From assembly GCF_964194155.1 (NCBI RefSeq), contig NC_135883.1:165168001-165232000 (forward strand): a stretch of DNA of 64,000 nucleotides. Direction: 5' to 3'. Positions within the stretch are counted from its first letter, which is position 1. Each line of letters opens with the position of its first letter. This stretch comes from Cetorhinus maximus. Taxonomy: Eukaryota. This document shows, in pieces, positions 22,853 to 35,330 of this stretch. Position numbers and translations under genes: made by a program. Below the pieces are notes generated by a model that saw nothing but the letters and a program-made list of their open reading frames with translations, had not been told where the DNA came from and made no database searches.

Positions 22853-24975
22853 AGAAACATATAGAAAACAGGAGCAGGAGTAGGTCATTTGGTCCCTCAA
22901 GCTGCTCCGCCATTCAACATGATCATGGCTGATCCTCTATCTCAATGGCATACTCCCACTCTCTCCCCATACCCCTTGACACCTTTAGTGACTAGAAATC
23001 TATTTCCTTCTTAAATATATTCATTGATTTAGCCTCCACAGCCTTCTGTGATAGACAATTCCATAGGTTTACCACCCTGAGTGAAGAGATTTCTCATCTC
23101 CATCCTAAATGGCCTAGCCCATATCCTAAGAGTGACCCCTTGTTTTAGACACCACCCCGCCCCCCCAAGAGAAAACATCATCCCTGCATCCAATCTGCCC
23201 AGCCCTATCAGGATTTTATACGTTTCAATGAGATCCCCTCTCATTCTTGTAAGCTCCAGTGAATACAGGCCTAGTCGACTCAATCTCTCCTCATATGACA
23301 ATCCTGCCATCCCAAGAATCAGTCTGGTGAACCTTCACTGCACTCCCCCTATGGCAAGTATATCCTTTCTTGGGCCAGGAGACCAAAACTGCACACAACA
23401 CTCCAGGTGCAGTCTCACCAAGGCCCTGTACAGCTGCAGTAAGACATCCTTGCTCCTGTACTCAAATACTCTTGAAATGAAGGTCAACATGCTATTTGCC
23501 TTAACTGCCTGCTGCACCTGCATGTTTGCTGTAAGCGAATGGTGTACAAGGACACCCAGGTCCCTTTGTACATCTTCATTTCCTAATCTATTGCCATGTA
23601 AATAATACTCTGCCATTTGGTTTTTCTACCCAAGTGGATAACTTCACACTTATTCACATTATGCGGCATCTGCCATGTATTTGTCCACTCACTCAACTTG
23701 TTTAAACTGTCCTGAAGCCTCTTTACATCCTCCTCACCACTCACATTCCCACCTAGTTTTGTGTCATCAGCAAACTTGGAAATATTAAATTTGGGAGAAC
23801 ATGGAGAGACAATGTAAAATAATGGGTGAAATTTTGAAGAGGGTACGGGAGTAGAATGGCTTGGGTGTATATGTGCATAGATCATTGAAGGTGGCAGAAC
23901 AGGTGGAGAGAAGGCATATAGTATCTTGGACTTTATTAATAGGGCATAGAGTACAAGAGCAAGGAGTTTATGCTGAATTTATATAAGACACTCGTTAGAC
24001 CTCAGCTGGAATATTGCGTACAGTTCTGGGCACCACACTACAGGAAGGATGTGAACACATTGGAGAGAATGCAGAAGAGGTTTACAAGAATGGTTCCAGG
24101 GATGAGAAACTTCAGCTATGAGGATAGATTGGAGGTTGGGACTGTTCTCCTTGGAGAGAAGAAGGCCAAGAGGAGATTTGATAGGGATGTTCAAAATCAT
24201 GAGGGGGCTAGACAAAGTAACTAGGGAGAAGCTGTTCCCACTCGTAAAAGGATCGAAAACGAGAGGGCACAGGTTTAAAGTGATTTGCAAAAAAAACAAA
24301 TGTGACGTGAGAAAAAACTTTTTCACACAACGAGTGGTTCGGGTCTGGAAGTATGGTGGAGGCAGGTTCAATCAAGGCATTCGAGAGGGCATTAGATGAA
24401 TATTTGTACAGAAACAATATGCAAGGGTACAGGGAAAAGGCAGGGCAATGGCACTAGGTCATAATGCTCATTTGGAGAGCCGGTGCAGACACGATGGGCT
24501 GAATGGCCTCCTTCTGTGCCATTAAAATTCTGTGACTTTGTGGTTCTTTCATCCAAATCACTAATATTGTAAACAGCTGGGGCCCAAGCACTGATCCCTA
24601 CGGTACCCCACTAGTCACCAGCTGCCACTCCGAAAAAGACCCATTTATTCCTACTCTCTATTTCCTGTCTGCTAACCAGTTCGCAATCCATGCAAATATA
24701 TCACCCCCATTCCCACATGCTTTCACTTTGCACACCAACCTCTTCTGTGGGACTTTATCAAAAGCTTTCTGAAATTCCAAATGCACCACATCCACTTGTT
24801 TTTCCTTATCGAAGCTACTAGTTACAACTTCAAAACACTCCAGCAGGTTTGTCAAACATGATTTCCCTTTCATAACTCCATTTTGAATTTGTCTAACTCC
24901 GTTGATGTTTTCTAAGTGTCCTGTTATCACATCCTTTACAATAGGCTCTAGCATTTTCCCTACTACTGATGCTAG
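22853..24975 (-). mobile_element. CR1 (HER1-like) RT and 3' end, interrupted at about 23790-24545 by an opposite-strand CR1
   Basis: ORFs 24658-24954, 23583-23885 (ISKFADDTKLGG), 23335-23616 and 23029-23310. The tail reads TTTCTATATGTTTCTA. Confidence 0.9.
23790..24545 (+). mobile_element. CR1 3' fragment, (ATTCTGTG)n-tail family
   Basis: ORF 23970-24224 LYKTLVRPQLEYCVQFWAPHYRKD. It is highly similar to 51050-51812. Confidence 0.9.
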
Positions 24976-25782
24976 TTAAAACTGTGCATCACTTAACAAC
25001 AACAACTTGCACTTATATAACACCTTTAATAGGAACAGGAGTAGGCCATTCGACCTGTCGAGCCTGCTCCACCATTCAATTAGATCATGTCTGATCATAT
25101 ACCTCAATGTCACTTTCCCGCACCATCTCCATATCCCTTTATATCATTTGTCTCCAAAAATCTATCGATTTCTGTCTTGAACCTGCTCAATGATTGAGCT
25201 TCCACCGAAATGTAATGAAATGTCCCAAGACACCTCACAGGAGCATGATAAAACAAAGAATGATACCGAGCCACATATTAGGTCACAGGATCAAAAGCAT
25301 GGTCAAAGTGGAACGTTTTAAGGAGCGTCTTAAAGTAGGAAAAGTGCAATCGAGAGGCGGAGAGTAATAAGGAGGGAATTCCAGGGCCTGGTACCAAGGC
25401 AACTGAAAGCATGGGCACCAAAGGTAGAACAATTATAATTGGGAATGCACAAGATACCAGAATTAGAGAGTACAGATATCTTGGAAGATTGTGGGGCTGG
25501 AGGAGATTACAGAGATAGGAAAGGGAAAGGCCATGGAGGGATTTGAAAATAAGGATGAGGATTTTAAAGTCAAGATGTTGCTTGACCAGGAGCCAAATTA
25601 GATCAGTGAGCACAAGGCATCAGGACAGCGAGCGTCAGGAATGTGTTGGAATAATTGAGTCTAGAGGTAACGAAGGCATGAATGAGGGTTTCGGTAGCAG
25701 ATGAGTTGAGACAGGGGCAAAGTCAAGCAATGGTACAGTGGTGGAAGTAGGCGCTCTTAGGGATGGCTCAAATATGAGGTTG

Positions 25783-26180
25783 GGGGAGATGGTGGCGTAG
25801 TGGTAATGTCACGGGACCAGTAATCCAGAGACCCTGGCTAATGCTCTAGGGACTTGGGTTCAAATCCCACCACCAACTGGTGGAATTTGAATTCAGTTAA
25901 TAAATCTGGAATATAAAGCTAGTCTCAGTAATGGTGACCATGAAACGATCATCAATTGTCGTAAAAACCCATCTGCTTCACTAATGCCCTTTAGGGAAGG
26001 AAATCTGCCATCCTTATCTGGCTTGGTCTGGCCTACATGTGACTCCAGATCCGCAGCAATGTGGTTGACTCTTAACTGCCCTCTGAAATTGCCTAGCAAG
26101 CCACTCAGAACAAGGGCAGTTAGGGATGGCAACAACTTCTGGCCTTGCCAGCAACGCCCACATCCCATGAAAGAATAGAT
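25783..26180 (+). mobile_element. Full-length tRNA-derived SINE with a family X LINE 3' tail
   Basis: A box GGTGGCGTAGTGG, B box GGTTCAAATCCC, and tail AAGGGCAGTTAGGGATGG..GCCCACATCCCATGAAAGAATA shared with family X. Confidence 0.85.
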
Positions 26181-26419
26181 CATCTCGGGATCAATTGTAA
26201 CATCATGTTTGCAAGTAGGTTGAATTAATCTCAGGCTGTTGTCAAGGAGAGGGATGGAGTCAGTAGCTAGGGTCAGTAGCTAGAGTGTGAAGTGGGGGAC
26301 CAAAAACAATGGCTTCAGTCTTCCCAATATTTAAGTGGAGGAAATTTCTGCTTATCCAGTACTGCATGTTGGATAAACAGTCTGATAATTTAGCCACGCA
26401 GTGTATGGTGAAGTATATG

Positions 26420-27470
26420 ATCGGTAGTCCCTTTGTACCCCTGTCAGCCGCATATCCATGTTAGCACAGGTGTGGAAAAGAATCACTGGTCTCCCATGCA
26501 ACTCTTACTGAGATGTCGCCAAGGAGCTGGCAGTGCACACCAGCAGGCACACCCTGGGACTGACGTACTAGACTAAATGAGGGGATCAGCAATTTCACAA
26601 GATGCTGTATGAGGGATGCCAGCCTTTTCGAGTGCATGAAACATGGACCAGCACCTGAGATAGAGGAACTCATTACTCAATCAATGGATCAGAAGGTGCA
26701 GCAGCAAGAGGTGTCCAGGAGATGTTCACAGAAATCAAATAGATTTTCTGATGATCAGGGAGAGGTACAACAGCATCAAAAATGTCTTCACTTACCCAGG
26801 TGCAGACATCAATTCAGATCACTGCCTCCTTGTAATGAAGATGAAGATCAAGATGAAAATCCCAAAAAGAAATCCCATGAAAAACCAAGCCAACCTAGAC
26901 AGACTGGGTCTAGGTGTGAAGAAGAAATATGCTGTGGAGGTCACTAACAAGAATGGAGCTTTACTTCAGGAAGTGACAGATGAAGAGCTTAGTGAGGAGG
27001 AAACAACTGGAAGGCACTAGGAAAGATTGAAACAGAGCATAAAACATGCAGTTTCATGAATGACACAGTGAAAGGCATTTTAACAGCAAAGAAACTGAAT
27101 CTGAATCTTAGGAAAAGAATGCTAAAGTACTACATTTTGTCATCTATGTTATATGTCAGAGAGATATCAACAAAGAGACTATTGATAAGTTGAATGCAAG
27201 TGAGATATGGACATATAGAAGGATGTTCTTCATATCCTACACAGACAAAGACCAAGGATAAAGTGCTGGAAATGGCTGGAAAAAAGAAATTAGTGCATAA
27301 CATCAAAGAGAAAAATATACAATACTTTGACCACATCATTAGGGCAGATGGAAATAATTATTAGAAGGAAAGATCGATAGAGTATGTAGGAGAGGCAAGT
27401 CAGGGGAGAAACGGATGACGGATATAATGGACTGGATGCAGTTGACTTACACGTAATGTGCTAGGGCAGC
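26420..27470 (+). mobile_element. RTE (BovB-like) LINE with internal deletions
   Basis: TYPGADINSDHCLLVMKMKIK (endonuclease end) and a C-terminal YFDHIIRADG..LEGKIDR..RRGK. Confidence 0.75.
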
Positions 27471-27539
27471 ACAGTAGTAGAGGAGTCAAGAGAGGTGGTG
27501 GTGAGTTAGTGCAGGATGTCATCATCAGCATACATATAA

Positions 27540-30155
27540 AAACCCTTTAAAAATGGCGGAGGGAATCAATCCCGGGATTCCCACTCTGTTCCCAGGGCCA
27601 GCGACTTTAACTGGCACAGGAGAAGGGTGCAGGTAGTGAGCCCGCACTCTGCGCTCCTTACCTCGGCAGTTCCATTGCACTGCAGGCATTTCAATTTTCA
27701 TCGAGTCAGGCCAGCTTCGAGAACTCGTGGTTCACCCTCCTCAGAGGAGTCTAGAACCACAATCTGAATATGGGAACCCTTTGAAAGGTCTGTTTATGCT
27801 CCCTCCATGTCCCCCATGCCACCTCTGTGCCCCTCACCCAGTATGCACTATGTACAGAATCAATGAGTCTTGAAATGCTGATGAAAAAGAACACCCATTT
27901 AGAAATCTGCTTTGTAAAAGACTGCTGCTTTTACAACCCTATAAAAGTGTCAATCAGACATTATAGTATCAATAACAGATGCTTTACCCTCATTTCACAA
28001 CCTTAATCTTGTCCAAATGAACATACAGACACTGAAAAAACAGCTCAAAAGGGTAACTTATTATAACCTCAAAGATGTCAATCAATCGAAATTAACACTT
28101 CAACCTGCTAAGCTAATCCATGAGTCTTGAGCACATCCAAACACTGATGATGAAGCTACCTCGACATGAATTTTTTTTGTCCCTGCATGCTTTATAAGCT
28201 CGCACCCGTGGCGATTGTAACATTCAGTGCACAGGATGTTCCAATACTTTTTACATTTTATCCTGCCTAGGAAGAAGGGCAGGACCGTCTTGGAGTGTTC
28301 TGATAGGACACCATGATCAGTGAAAAGCAGCTCAAGGGTCAGTCAGTTTTGGTCAGTCAGAGAGTCAGGAGCAGAGGGAAGAAGCTTCATGCAGCTAAAG
28401 TGCCTCTGTTTGCTCTGAGGAGCTGGGTTTGGGGCTCAGTGAAGCCCTGAGAACCATTTGGTAGCTCCATGCAGTTGATGCTCAAAAGAAGCCTTGGGAG
28501 CCATTTGGTGATTCCATGTTGCAGGCCTTTGGGGAAAAGGGTGCTGAGGTTGGCAGGCCCCAAGTAGTGAGGGCTCAGGAGAAGCCCTGGAGAGCTGAAA
28601 GGCAGCGGAAGGTTGGTGACTCCATGCTGCAAGCCGTTGGGGTATAGGTAACTCTTTGGAGCAGTGGCGTTCTGCTCAGCATGGTTAAAGAGCTGCAGCT
28701 GTGCCAGTAAGTTGGTGCTGAAGTGCAGCCTCGAGAAGCCAGTGGAAGTAGTTTCAGAACCAAACATACAAATTAGGAGCAGTAATAGGCCACTCGGCTC
28801 CTTGAGCCTGCTCCATCATTCAATAAGATCATGGCTGATCTGATTGTAACCTCAACTCCACTTTCCCACCTACCCCCGATAACCCTTCACCCCCTTGCTC
28901 AGCAAGATTCTATCTACCTCTGCCTTAAAAATATTCAAAAACTCAACTACCAGCACCTTCTGAGGAAAAGAGTTCCAAAGACTCAGAAAAAATTTCTCCT
29001 CGTCTCGGTTTTAAACAGGTAACACCTTATTTTTAAACAGTGACCCCTAGTTCTCAAATCTCCCACAACAGGAAACATCCTCTCCACATCCACCCTGTCA
29101 AGACCCCTCAGGAGAAGAGATTAAACCATCAGGAGGTGTGCACTCATCAAGGCAGTCCGAAGCAGGGCGACTTTTGGAGGGAATTCCGAGGCTAGATCTT
29201 CAAAAGGGAAGAGTGAAGATTTGCAAACCCTCATAAGGAAGGCAGAGTTTTAATGCGGTTGTGTAACTCAGTGAACACTAACGTCTGGGTGGGTTGCTGA
29301 GAAATCTGTGGGATCTATTTTGGTGGCATCTATTATTTATTGTGCAGTACAGTGTGTTCAACCAGTTTGCCTGTTATTACCTCACATTAATTCAGAATGT
29401 TAGAAAACAAGAAAGATATTGTAAATTGTTTTACTTTTCTGACTTTGAAGTTTATTTTGTTTGTTCAAAAACTGTGGAACTTCGTGGCTTTTTTCTTTTG
29501 GCAAACACCTGGGATCTCAAACTTTGTCTATTTTAAAGAAAAAGTTACTGGCCCCTAACCTGATTGTACCAAAATCTTTTGGGGTTGGTCCAGGATCATT
29601 ACAACCATGAGAAAGAGATATCTGGTCATCTGTTTCTGTTGATACAGTTGATATACTTTTATAGTGGTGTAAGAACCGCAGTTTTTTCAAAGCAGATTTC
29701 TGAAAGGGTGTTGTTTTCAATCAGCATTTCAAGATTTGTCACTATTATCATATGGCTCATTGGTTCCGTACATATTGCATACTGTGTGAGTGGGCATGGA
29801 GGGGGAATAGATAGGGAATGGAGGTGGCATGGGAGTTTGGGGGGGGGGAGGCATGAGGAGGTGTGAAGGCATGTGAAGGATGAGAGCCAGAGGGCCTAAC
29901 AGCCTTTAATACAGCTGGGACGAAGTTTCAGAGAACCAAGGCGGGCCTTCTAATCAGCCCGCCATGCCACTCATGTCTCCTTGGCAACATCCAATCTGCT
30001 TCCGGGGTCAGCTGGCTCAACTCGATCCTGCCCTCACCTCGCCGGAACGAAAATAGCGCGTGCAGAGGCCATTTATATGGAGACGGTCTGCCGAGTCGGG
30101 GAATCTTCTGATTCAAACTTCCCACCTCATGAGCGAAACTCCAAATCAATACCCT
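27540..30155. mobile_element. Non-autonomous DNA transposon relic (Harbinger-like) containing a solo LTR
   Basis: GC-rich ends (AAAATGGCGG.. and ..GCCCGCC..AAATAGCGCG) interrupt the L2 between YADD and PQG. Part of it is shared with 6385-6620. The TIRs are not clean. Confidence 0.5.
28216..29603 (+). mobile_element. Solo LTR with a CR1 3' tail inserted at about 28763-29115 (minus)
   Basis: TGTAA...TTACA termini. The 3' end GTGGAACTT..GGGATC..GGATCATTACA resembles the end of the 58522-60364 LTR. The TSD is degenerate. Confidence 0.6.
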
Positions 30156-31334
30156 TGGATTATGTTGCTGAGGGGCAGTAAGCAGATGAGGATGGGGCCA
30201 AGGGTAGATCCTTGGGGGGGACAGGATGTGAGAGCAGGAAGAGAAGCCATTGCAAGTGATTCTCAGGCTACAATTAGATAGATAAGAATGGAACCACATG
30301 AGAGCAGACCACACAGCTGGACAACAGTGGAGAGGCATTGGAGGAGGATAGTGTGGTCAACCTCATCAAAGGCTATGGACAGGTTGAGAAGGATAAGTTT
30401 ACCTTTGTCACAGTCACATAGGATGCAATTTGTGACATTTATAAGAGCTTTTCCGGTATTGTGGTAGAAGTAGAACCTGATTGGAGAGTTTTCGAGCATG
30501 GAGTTCTTGGAAAGATGGGAATGGATTTCAGAGGCGACAACTTGGGAGAGGAAAGCGAGGTTGGAGATTGGACGGTAGTTTACAAGGACAGTGGGGTCAA
30601 GGGTTGGTTTTTTTTGAGAGGGATGATGACAGCAGGTTTAAAAGAGAGAGGGGCAACATATGCAGAGAGAGAACCATTTACTATATCCGCTAACATGGGG
30701 GCCAGGAAAGTTGGGTGATCAGCAATTTAGTGGGAATAGGATCGAGGGAACAGGAGGTAGTTGAGCTCAGAGAAGGCATGAGGGACAGGATAGAAACTAG
30801 AGAAAGATGTGAATTCAGAGTTAGAGCAGGGGGAACAATAAAGGAAGTCTGGCTGGTGAGCTAGTGGAAGGGACGCAGCAGAGGCAGCTGATCGGATAGT
30901 CTCGATCTTAGTGACAAAGAAATCCGGGGAGTGAAGGTGGAGGGAGCAGAGGAGAGGGGTTAAGTAGATGGCTTACAGTACAGAAAAAAGCTGAGAGTTA
31001 TCTTTGCCTTCCAGGATGATCCTGGAATAGTGAGCAGCTTAGAACAGGAGACCAGCCAGATCTGGCGGTCAATGGCTAAACCAGCTTTCAAATCTGTGTC
31101 CCTTGAGCTTAAGGGAGCAGAGATGAGGGCTGTACCAGGGGAATGGCCTGGGTGAGAGAGAGTAATGGTTTTTATTGGGGACTAGGATATCAAAGGTGGT
31201 GAGAGTACAGTTGAGTAAATCAGTGGCTGCTGAAATATTGTAGCAAACAAAGGGCCAAAGGCTAGATAACTGGGATTTTGAGATTACAGTTGTAAGTGAA
31301 TTGGAGGATAGCTTTTTCAAGGATGGATCCTGAA

Positions 31335-31950
31335 TGAAGTAGGGTTGGGCCATGTGATCAGAATGAACAACACAGCACTGAGGCTGTCAGAAAATTCTGC
31401 TACAATGAATCTACAGTGACAGACAAACTCTCTCTTGACAAAGAGCTCAGCACGTGCATTGGAAAGGCAGCAGTTTGGCCGACTAACAAAACGTGCATGG
31501 AAAAACAACAAACTGACCTGCAGGACTAAGATGCTTATCCACAAGGCCTGTATCCTCAGCACATTGCTGTATGGCAGCGAAACCCAGATAACGTACACCT
31601 AACAAGAAAAAAGGCTCAATAACTTCCACCTCCGGTGTCTACGTCACATTCTTGGCATCGGGTGGACAGACAAAGTCACCAGTAAAGCATTCCTCTTTAG
31701 AGCAAACATGCCAGGCATGCAAGTAGGAAACTCTCAATCACGACAAGTGGGAAACTTTAGCTAATGATTGATGCAAATGCCGACACCAGCTGTGGGCAGG
31801 AATTCATCACAATGATGTGTGTTTTCAGAAGCTTCAACAGACAACCTCATGTTTTCATTTGTGGCAGACTTTGCCTTTCCAGAATTGGCTTGTTCAGCCA
31901 TCAAAGAAGCACAGCAGATGATCTCATCTGACTTCACCAAAACTCTGAGG
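31335..31950 (+). mobile_element. RTE LINE 3' fragment
   Basis: Translates RAWKNNKLTCRTKMLIHKACILSTLLYGSET..RLNNFHLRCLRHILGIGW. Confidence 0.85.
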
Positions 31951-33219
31951 CTGTATTTCCATCATCTCTTGCAGATGGAAGGATGCAATCAGGGTTGGGG
32001 TGAGGAAGTGGGTGGTGAGTGATTCAAGGAAGTGAATAGAGAAGGCCTTATCTGTACTGAAATTGATTATGATATGATTAGCAAGAACATGTTAGATAGC
32101 AAGGGGTGGTCATGTATATGAGTTGGGGAATTTACATATAGACAGAGACTTAGAGAGGATAATTCAGAGGACAGAGAGCATGATGAGTTGAGATGGAGTA
32201 ATCACTGAGGATGAGAAGTCATTCGGTGCAGAGGTTGAGGGAGGAAAGCAGTGAAGATAGCTCGGTGAGAAAACTATTGTGCTTGGGAGGCAGATAAAAA
32301 ATAATGATTTTGAAAGACAGGTGAGGGGGTGGAACAAGGTGAGGAGCTGCCAAAGAAGTAGGGGGTCAGGCCAAGGTGTGATCTGGTGATAAGCAACATG
32401 CTGCCACTGCAACCATATTGACAGGACAAGTGATGGGAGATATAGCCATGTGGCAAAGCTTCATTCAAGGGGGAAATGTCATCACTCCTCAGCCAGGTTT
32501 CCGTAATGGCCATGCTATCGATCCAATCATCCACAACAAGTTCACTGACGACAAGGGCCTTGTTCAGAAGTAAACGTGCATTCTGGAGGAAGATGTGGAG
32601 AGTTGAGAGTTGATCCACTGGCAGAGCCCATAGGGTCAGCAGAGGGAGAGACAAGTTGAACAAGAAGGAGATGGCAAGGTTAGCCTCCAGTGGGCGCATT
32701 GGGCAGGAAGGTAAATGAGAGTGGGATGGGTTAATTGGGGTTACTGCTCGTAATGAGCCAGGGCCAAGTGCCTCAATTAGCCCTTTGGAGGATGTCTAAA
32801 CATAAAGGGATGCTGATCTAACACAGAGTCAAGCTGAGGAGGGTGGCAAGCGAGCAGAAAGGTTGAGGAGTACTGAAGGATTGGAGGAGGGAACTGGGAG
32901 GGCAGAATGCCTGAGAATGGGGCGGTGAAAGGGGGCATGACAATGGAAGGGAGGGCTCTTGGAGCAGTAACTAGAAAAAGAAGTTAAAAAGAGCGAGTAA
33001 AAGTGGAAATATATTGATGGGCTCGGGTCTGGAGTGATAACCAAAACACGCACGCAAATGGATGCGGGGAGAGTGCAAGTTACATAAAAATAAGGATACT
33101 TAAAAACCTGACAGTAAACAGACAATAGGAAATTTATGGTGATAATACAAAGGGTTAGGCTTAGGGTTAGTCCAAAGTTGGAAACCCTGTGTTGGAATAA
33201 TGATGACATAGGAAGGTTG

Positions 33220-34200
33220 GAATCACAGAATCATTACAGTGCATAAGGAGGCCATTTGGCCCATTGTGTCTGCACCGGCGCTCTCAGCATTTTAACTTAG
33301 TGCCAATCTCTTGCCTTTTGTTCATAAGCCTGCATATTGTTTCTATTTAAATAATCATCAAATGCCCTCTTGAAAGCCTCAAACTAACCTGCCTCCACCA
33401 GGTAGTGCATTCCAAACCCTAACTACTCACTGTGTGAAAAAGTTTTTTCTCACCTTGCATTTGCTTCTTTTGCAAAACACTTTAAAACTATGCCCTCTGG
33501 TTCTTGATCCATTTACAAGCAGGAACAGTTTCTCCCTATCTACGCTGTCCAGACCCCTCATGATTTTGAAAACTTCTATCAAGTCTCCTCTTAGCCTTCT
33601 CCTCTCCAAGGAAAACAGTCCCAACTTCTGCAATCTTTCCTCATAACTGAAGTCTCATCCCTGGACCCATTCTTGTAAACCTCTTCTGCACTCTCTCCAA
33701 TGCGTTCACATCCTTCCCGTAGTGTGGTGCCCAGAACTGTACACAATACTCCAGCTGAGGTCTAACCAGTGTCTTATATAAGTTCATCAAAGCCTCCCTG
33801 CTCTTGTACTCTATGCCCCTATTAATGAAACCTAGAATACTGTATGCTTTAGAAACTCTCTACCTGTCCTGCCACCTTTAATGACTTATGCACATATACA
33901 CCCAGATCTCTCTGCTCCTGCACACCCCTTAGAATAGTATCCTTTATTTTATACTGCCTCTCCATGTTCTTTCTACCAAAATCACCTCACACTTCTCCAC
34001 ATTGAACTCTATCTGCCACCTATCTGCCCACTCCACCAATGTGTTAATGTCCTTTTGAAGTTCTACACTGTCCTCCTCACAGTTTACAATTCTCCCAAGT
34101 TTGGTGTCATCCGCAAACTTTACCCAGAGAAATGGTCCCCTGTACACCAAGATCTAGATCATTTATATATATCAGGGAAAGTAAGGGTCCCAATGCCGAC
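33220..34200 (-). mobile_element. CR1 3' fragment, (ATTCTGTG)n family
   Basis: ORFs 33944-34150 (KFADDTKLG) and 33427-33633. The tail GAATCACAGAAT is at 33220. Confidence 0.9.
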
Positions 34201-34469
34201 ATGAAGCAATGACCTTTGTCTAAGTTTGGAGACAGGTGAAACAAGTGAAGTCCACAAGCTGTTTAAGGGTCCAGTGTTGGGGGACGCACTAATGGAGAGT
34301 AAAGGCAAGGATCAGGCCTAATTATAACACCCTGTCACAGTTGAACAGGTCGTAAAACTGGGGGTGGAGACTACTCCAGCTCTGGAAACAGAACAGTTCA
34401 TTAGTTTCTTCTGTTATCATTGTCAATGGTGATATCCTTCAGATAACAGAGGCTCCATCTGTTCCACTG

Positions 34470-34830
34470 GACACTAAGGATCTCAAGTCACTATGAAGAA
34501 GAAAAACAAGTTTCCTGATGTCCTGGAAAACATTCTTCCCTCACACCCAGACTTGTTTGATTGTTGGATCCTGCTGTACACATAATGGCTGCTATGTTTA
34601 TCTACATTATAGCAAATACATTTCAAAAGTAGCAATAAAACAAAGAACAAAATATTTATAAAGCACGTTTTACAACCTCAGGATGTCCCAAAGCGCTTCA
34701 CAACTAATAATGTATTTTTGAACTGCAGTCACTGGTGTAAAGTAAAGGAAAATAATTTATCTGTAAAATGCTTTGGACAGTTCCAAGAGGGACGATAAGG
34801 TGCTATGTAAATGAAAATCTCTCTTTCATT
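34470..34830. mobile_element. Decayed DeuSINE 3' half with an inverted DeuSINE/L2 tail inserted at about 34640-34745
   Basis: GTCCTGG..ACATT..TAATGGCTGC..CTACATT, an inverted CAGGATGTCCCAAAGCGCTTCACA, and the tail TGTAAATGAAAATCTCTCTTT. Confidence 0.55.
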
Positions 34831-34949
34831 TATTGCGTACAAATGCCTAAAGAAGTTTTGGATGAGTGGTGAAGAATCCTTCCATGTTAAACAAAAAGAT
34901 GCTCTCATTCATTGCAGTGAGAGCTTGTTCAACACAGATTTACAAATAC

Positions 34950-35330
34950 TGTGCATGCCTGTCTTTTACTTTCCTGGAAAAAGAGGGGTAGGGGAGGCAA
35001 AAAAAACACAAACCCGCAAGTAAACAGAGCAAACAACACTGGGAAAACTGATAGTTTTCTCAGAATTCAATCCGAAAAGCAAACTCTCGAGTACAAAACA
35101 AGCTTCTTCAAAGCTGCATACCATAGGTAAATATTTACCTGTATTCTCTGTAGAAACCTTGGCAAATTGTACAATGGCCGAGGTGGCCAGTAGACCTTAC
35201 AATGCTTTATTGATCAAAGGGAAAGCTAAATGAAGCTTCATCCTACTAGGAAGTATTTACATTTGTTTTAAATACCCAGGAGTAACACAACTATAATCCT
35301 TATGTTCCCTTTCTATAGAAATGAATTAAC
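34950..35330. promoter_or_regulatory. Candidate enhancer (forkhead/SOX/TCF motif cluster)
   Basis: Perfect palindrome AGGTAAATATTTACCT at 35125-35140, GTAAACA at 35020, GCAAACA at 35029, ATTGTACAATGG at about 35166, GATCAAAG at about 35212 and GTATTTAC at about 35253. The sequence is unique. Confidence 0.4.

Larger units (their letters stand above)
24995..32800 (-). mobile_element. Near full-length L2 LINE broken by nested insertions (pieces at about 24995-25030, 25207-25782, 26180-26400, 27475-27540, 30156-31330 and 32010-32800)
   Basis: The minus-strand order is collinear: endonuclease (SMAITETWL, ORF 32274-32699), RT (LLNLSIAFDEVDHTILL, ORF 30263-30499; PQGSTLGP at about 30200; YADD at about 27525), C-terminus (ILILIFKSLHGL, ORF 25278-25613) and the tail CAACAACAACTTGC. 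Confidence 0.85.

Noticed and set aside
23081-23605. 174-aa plus-strand ORF and similar ORFs (23979-24371, 37181-37519, 47248-47646, 50507-50953, 61729-62106)
   Set aside because: These are antisense shadows of CR1 ORF2, not genes.
25783-25875. tRNA-like A and B boxes (also 2345-2497, 21460-21522, 44890-44980 and 63260-63330)
   Set aside because: These are SINE heads that continue into SINE bodies. There is no cloverleaf or Pol III terminator.
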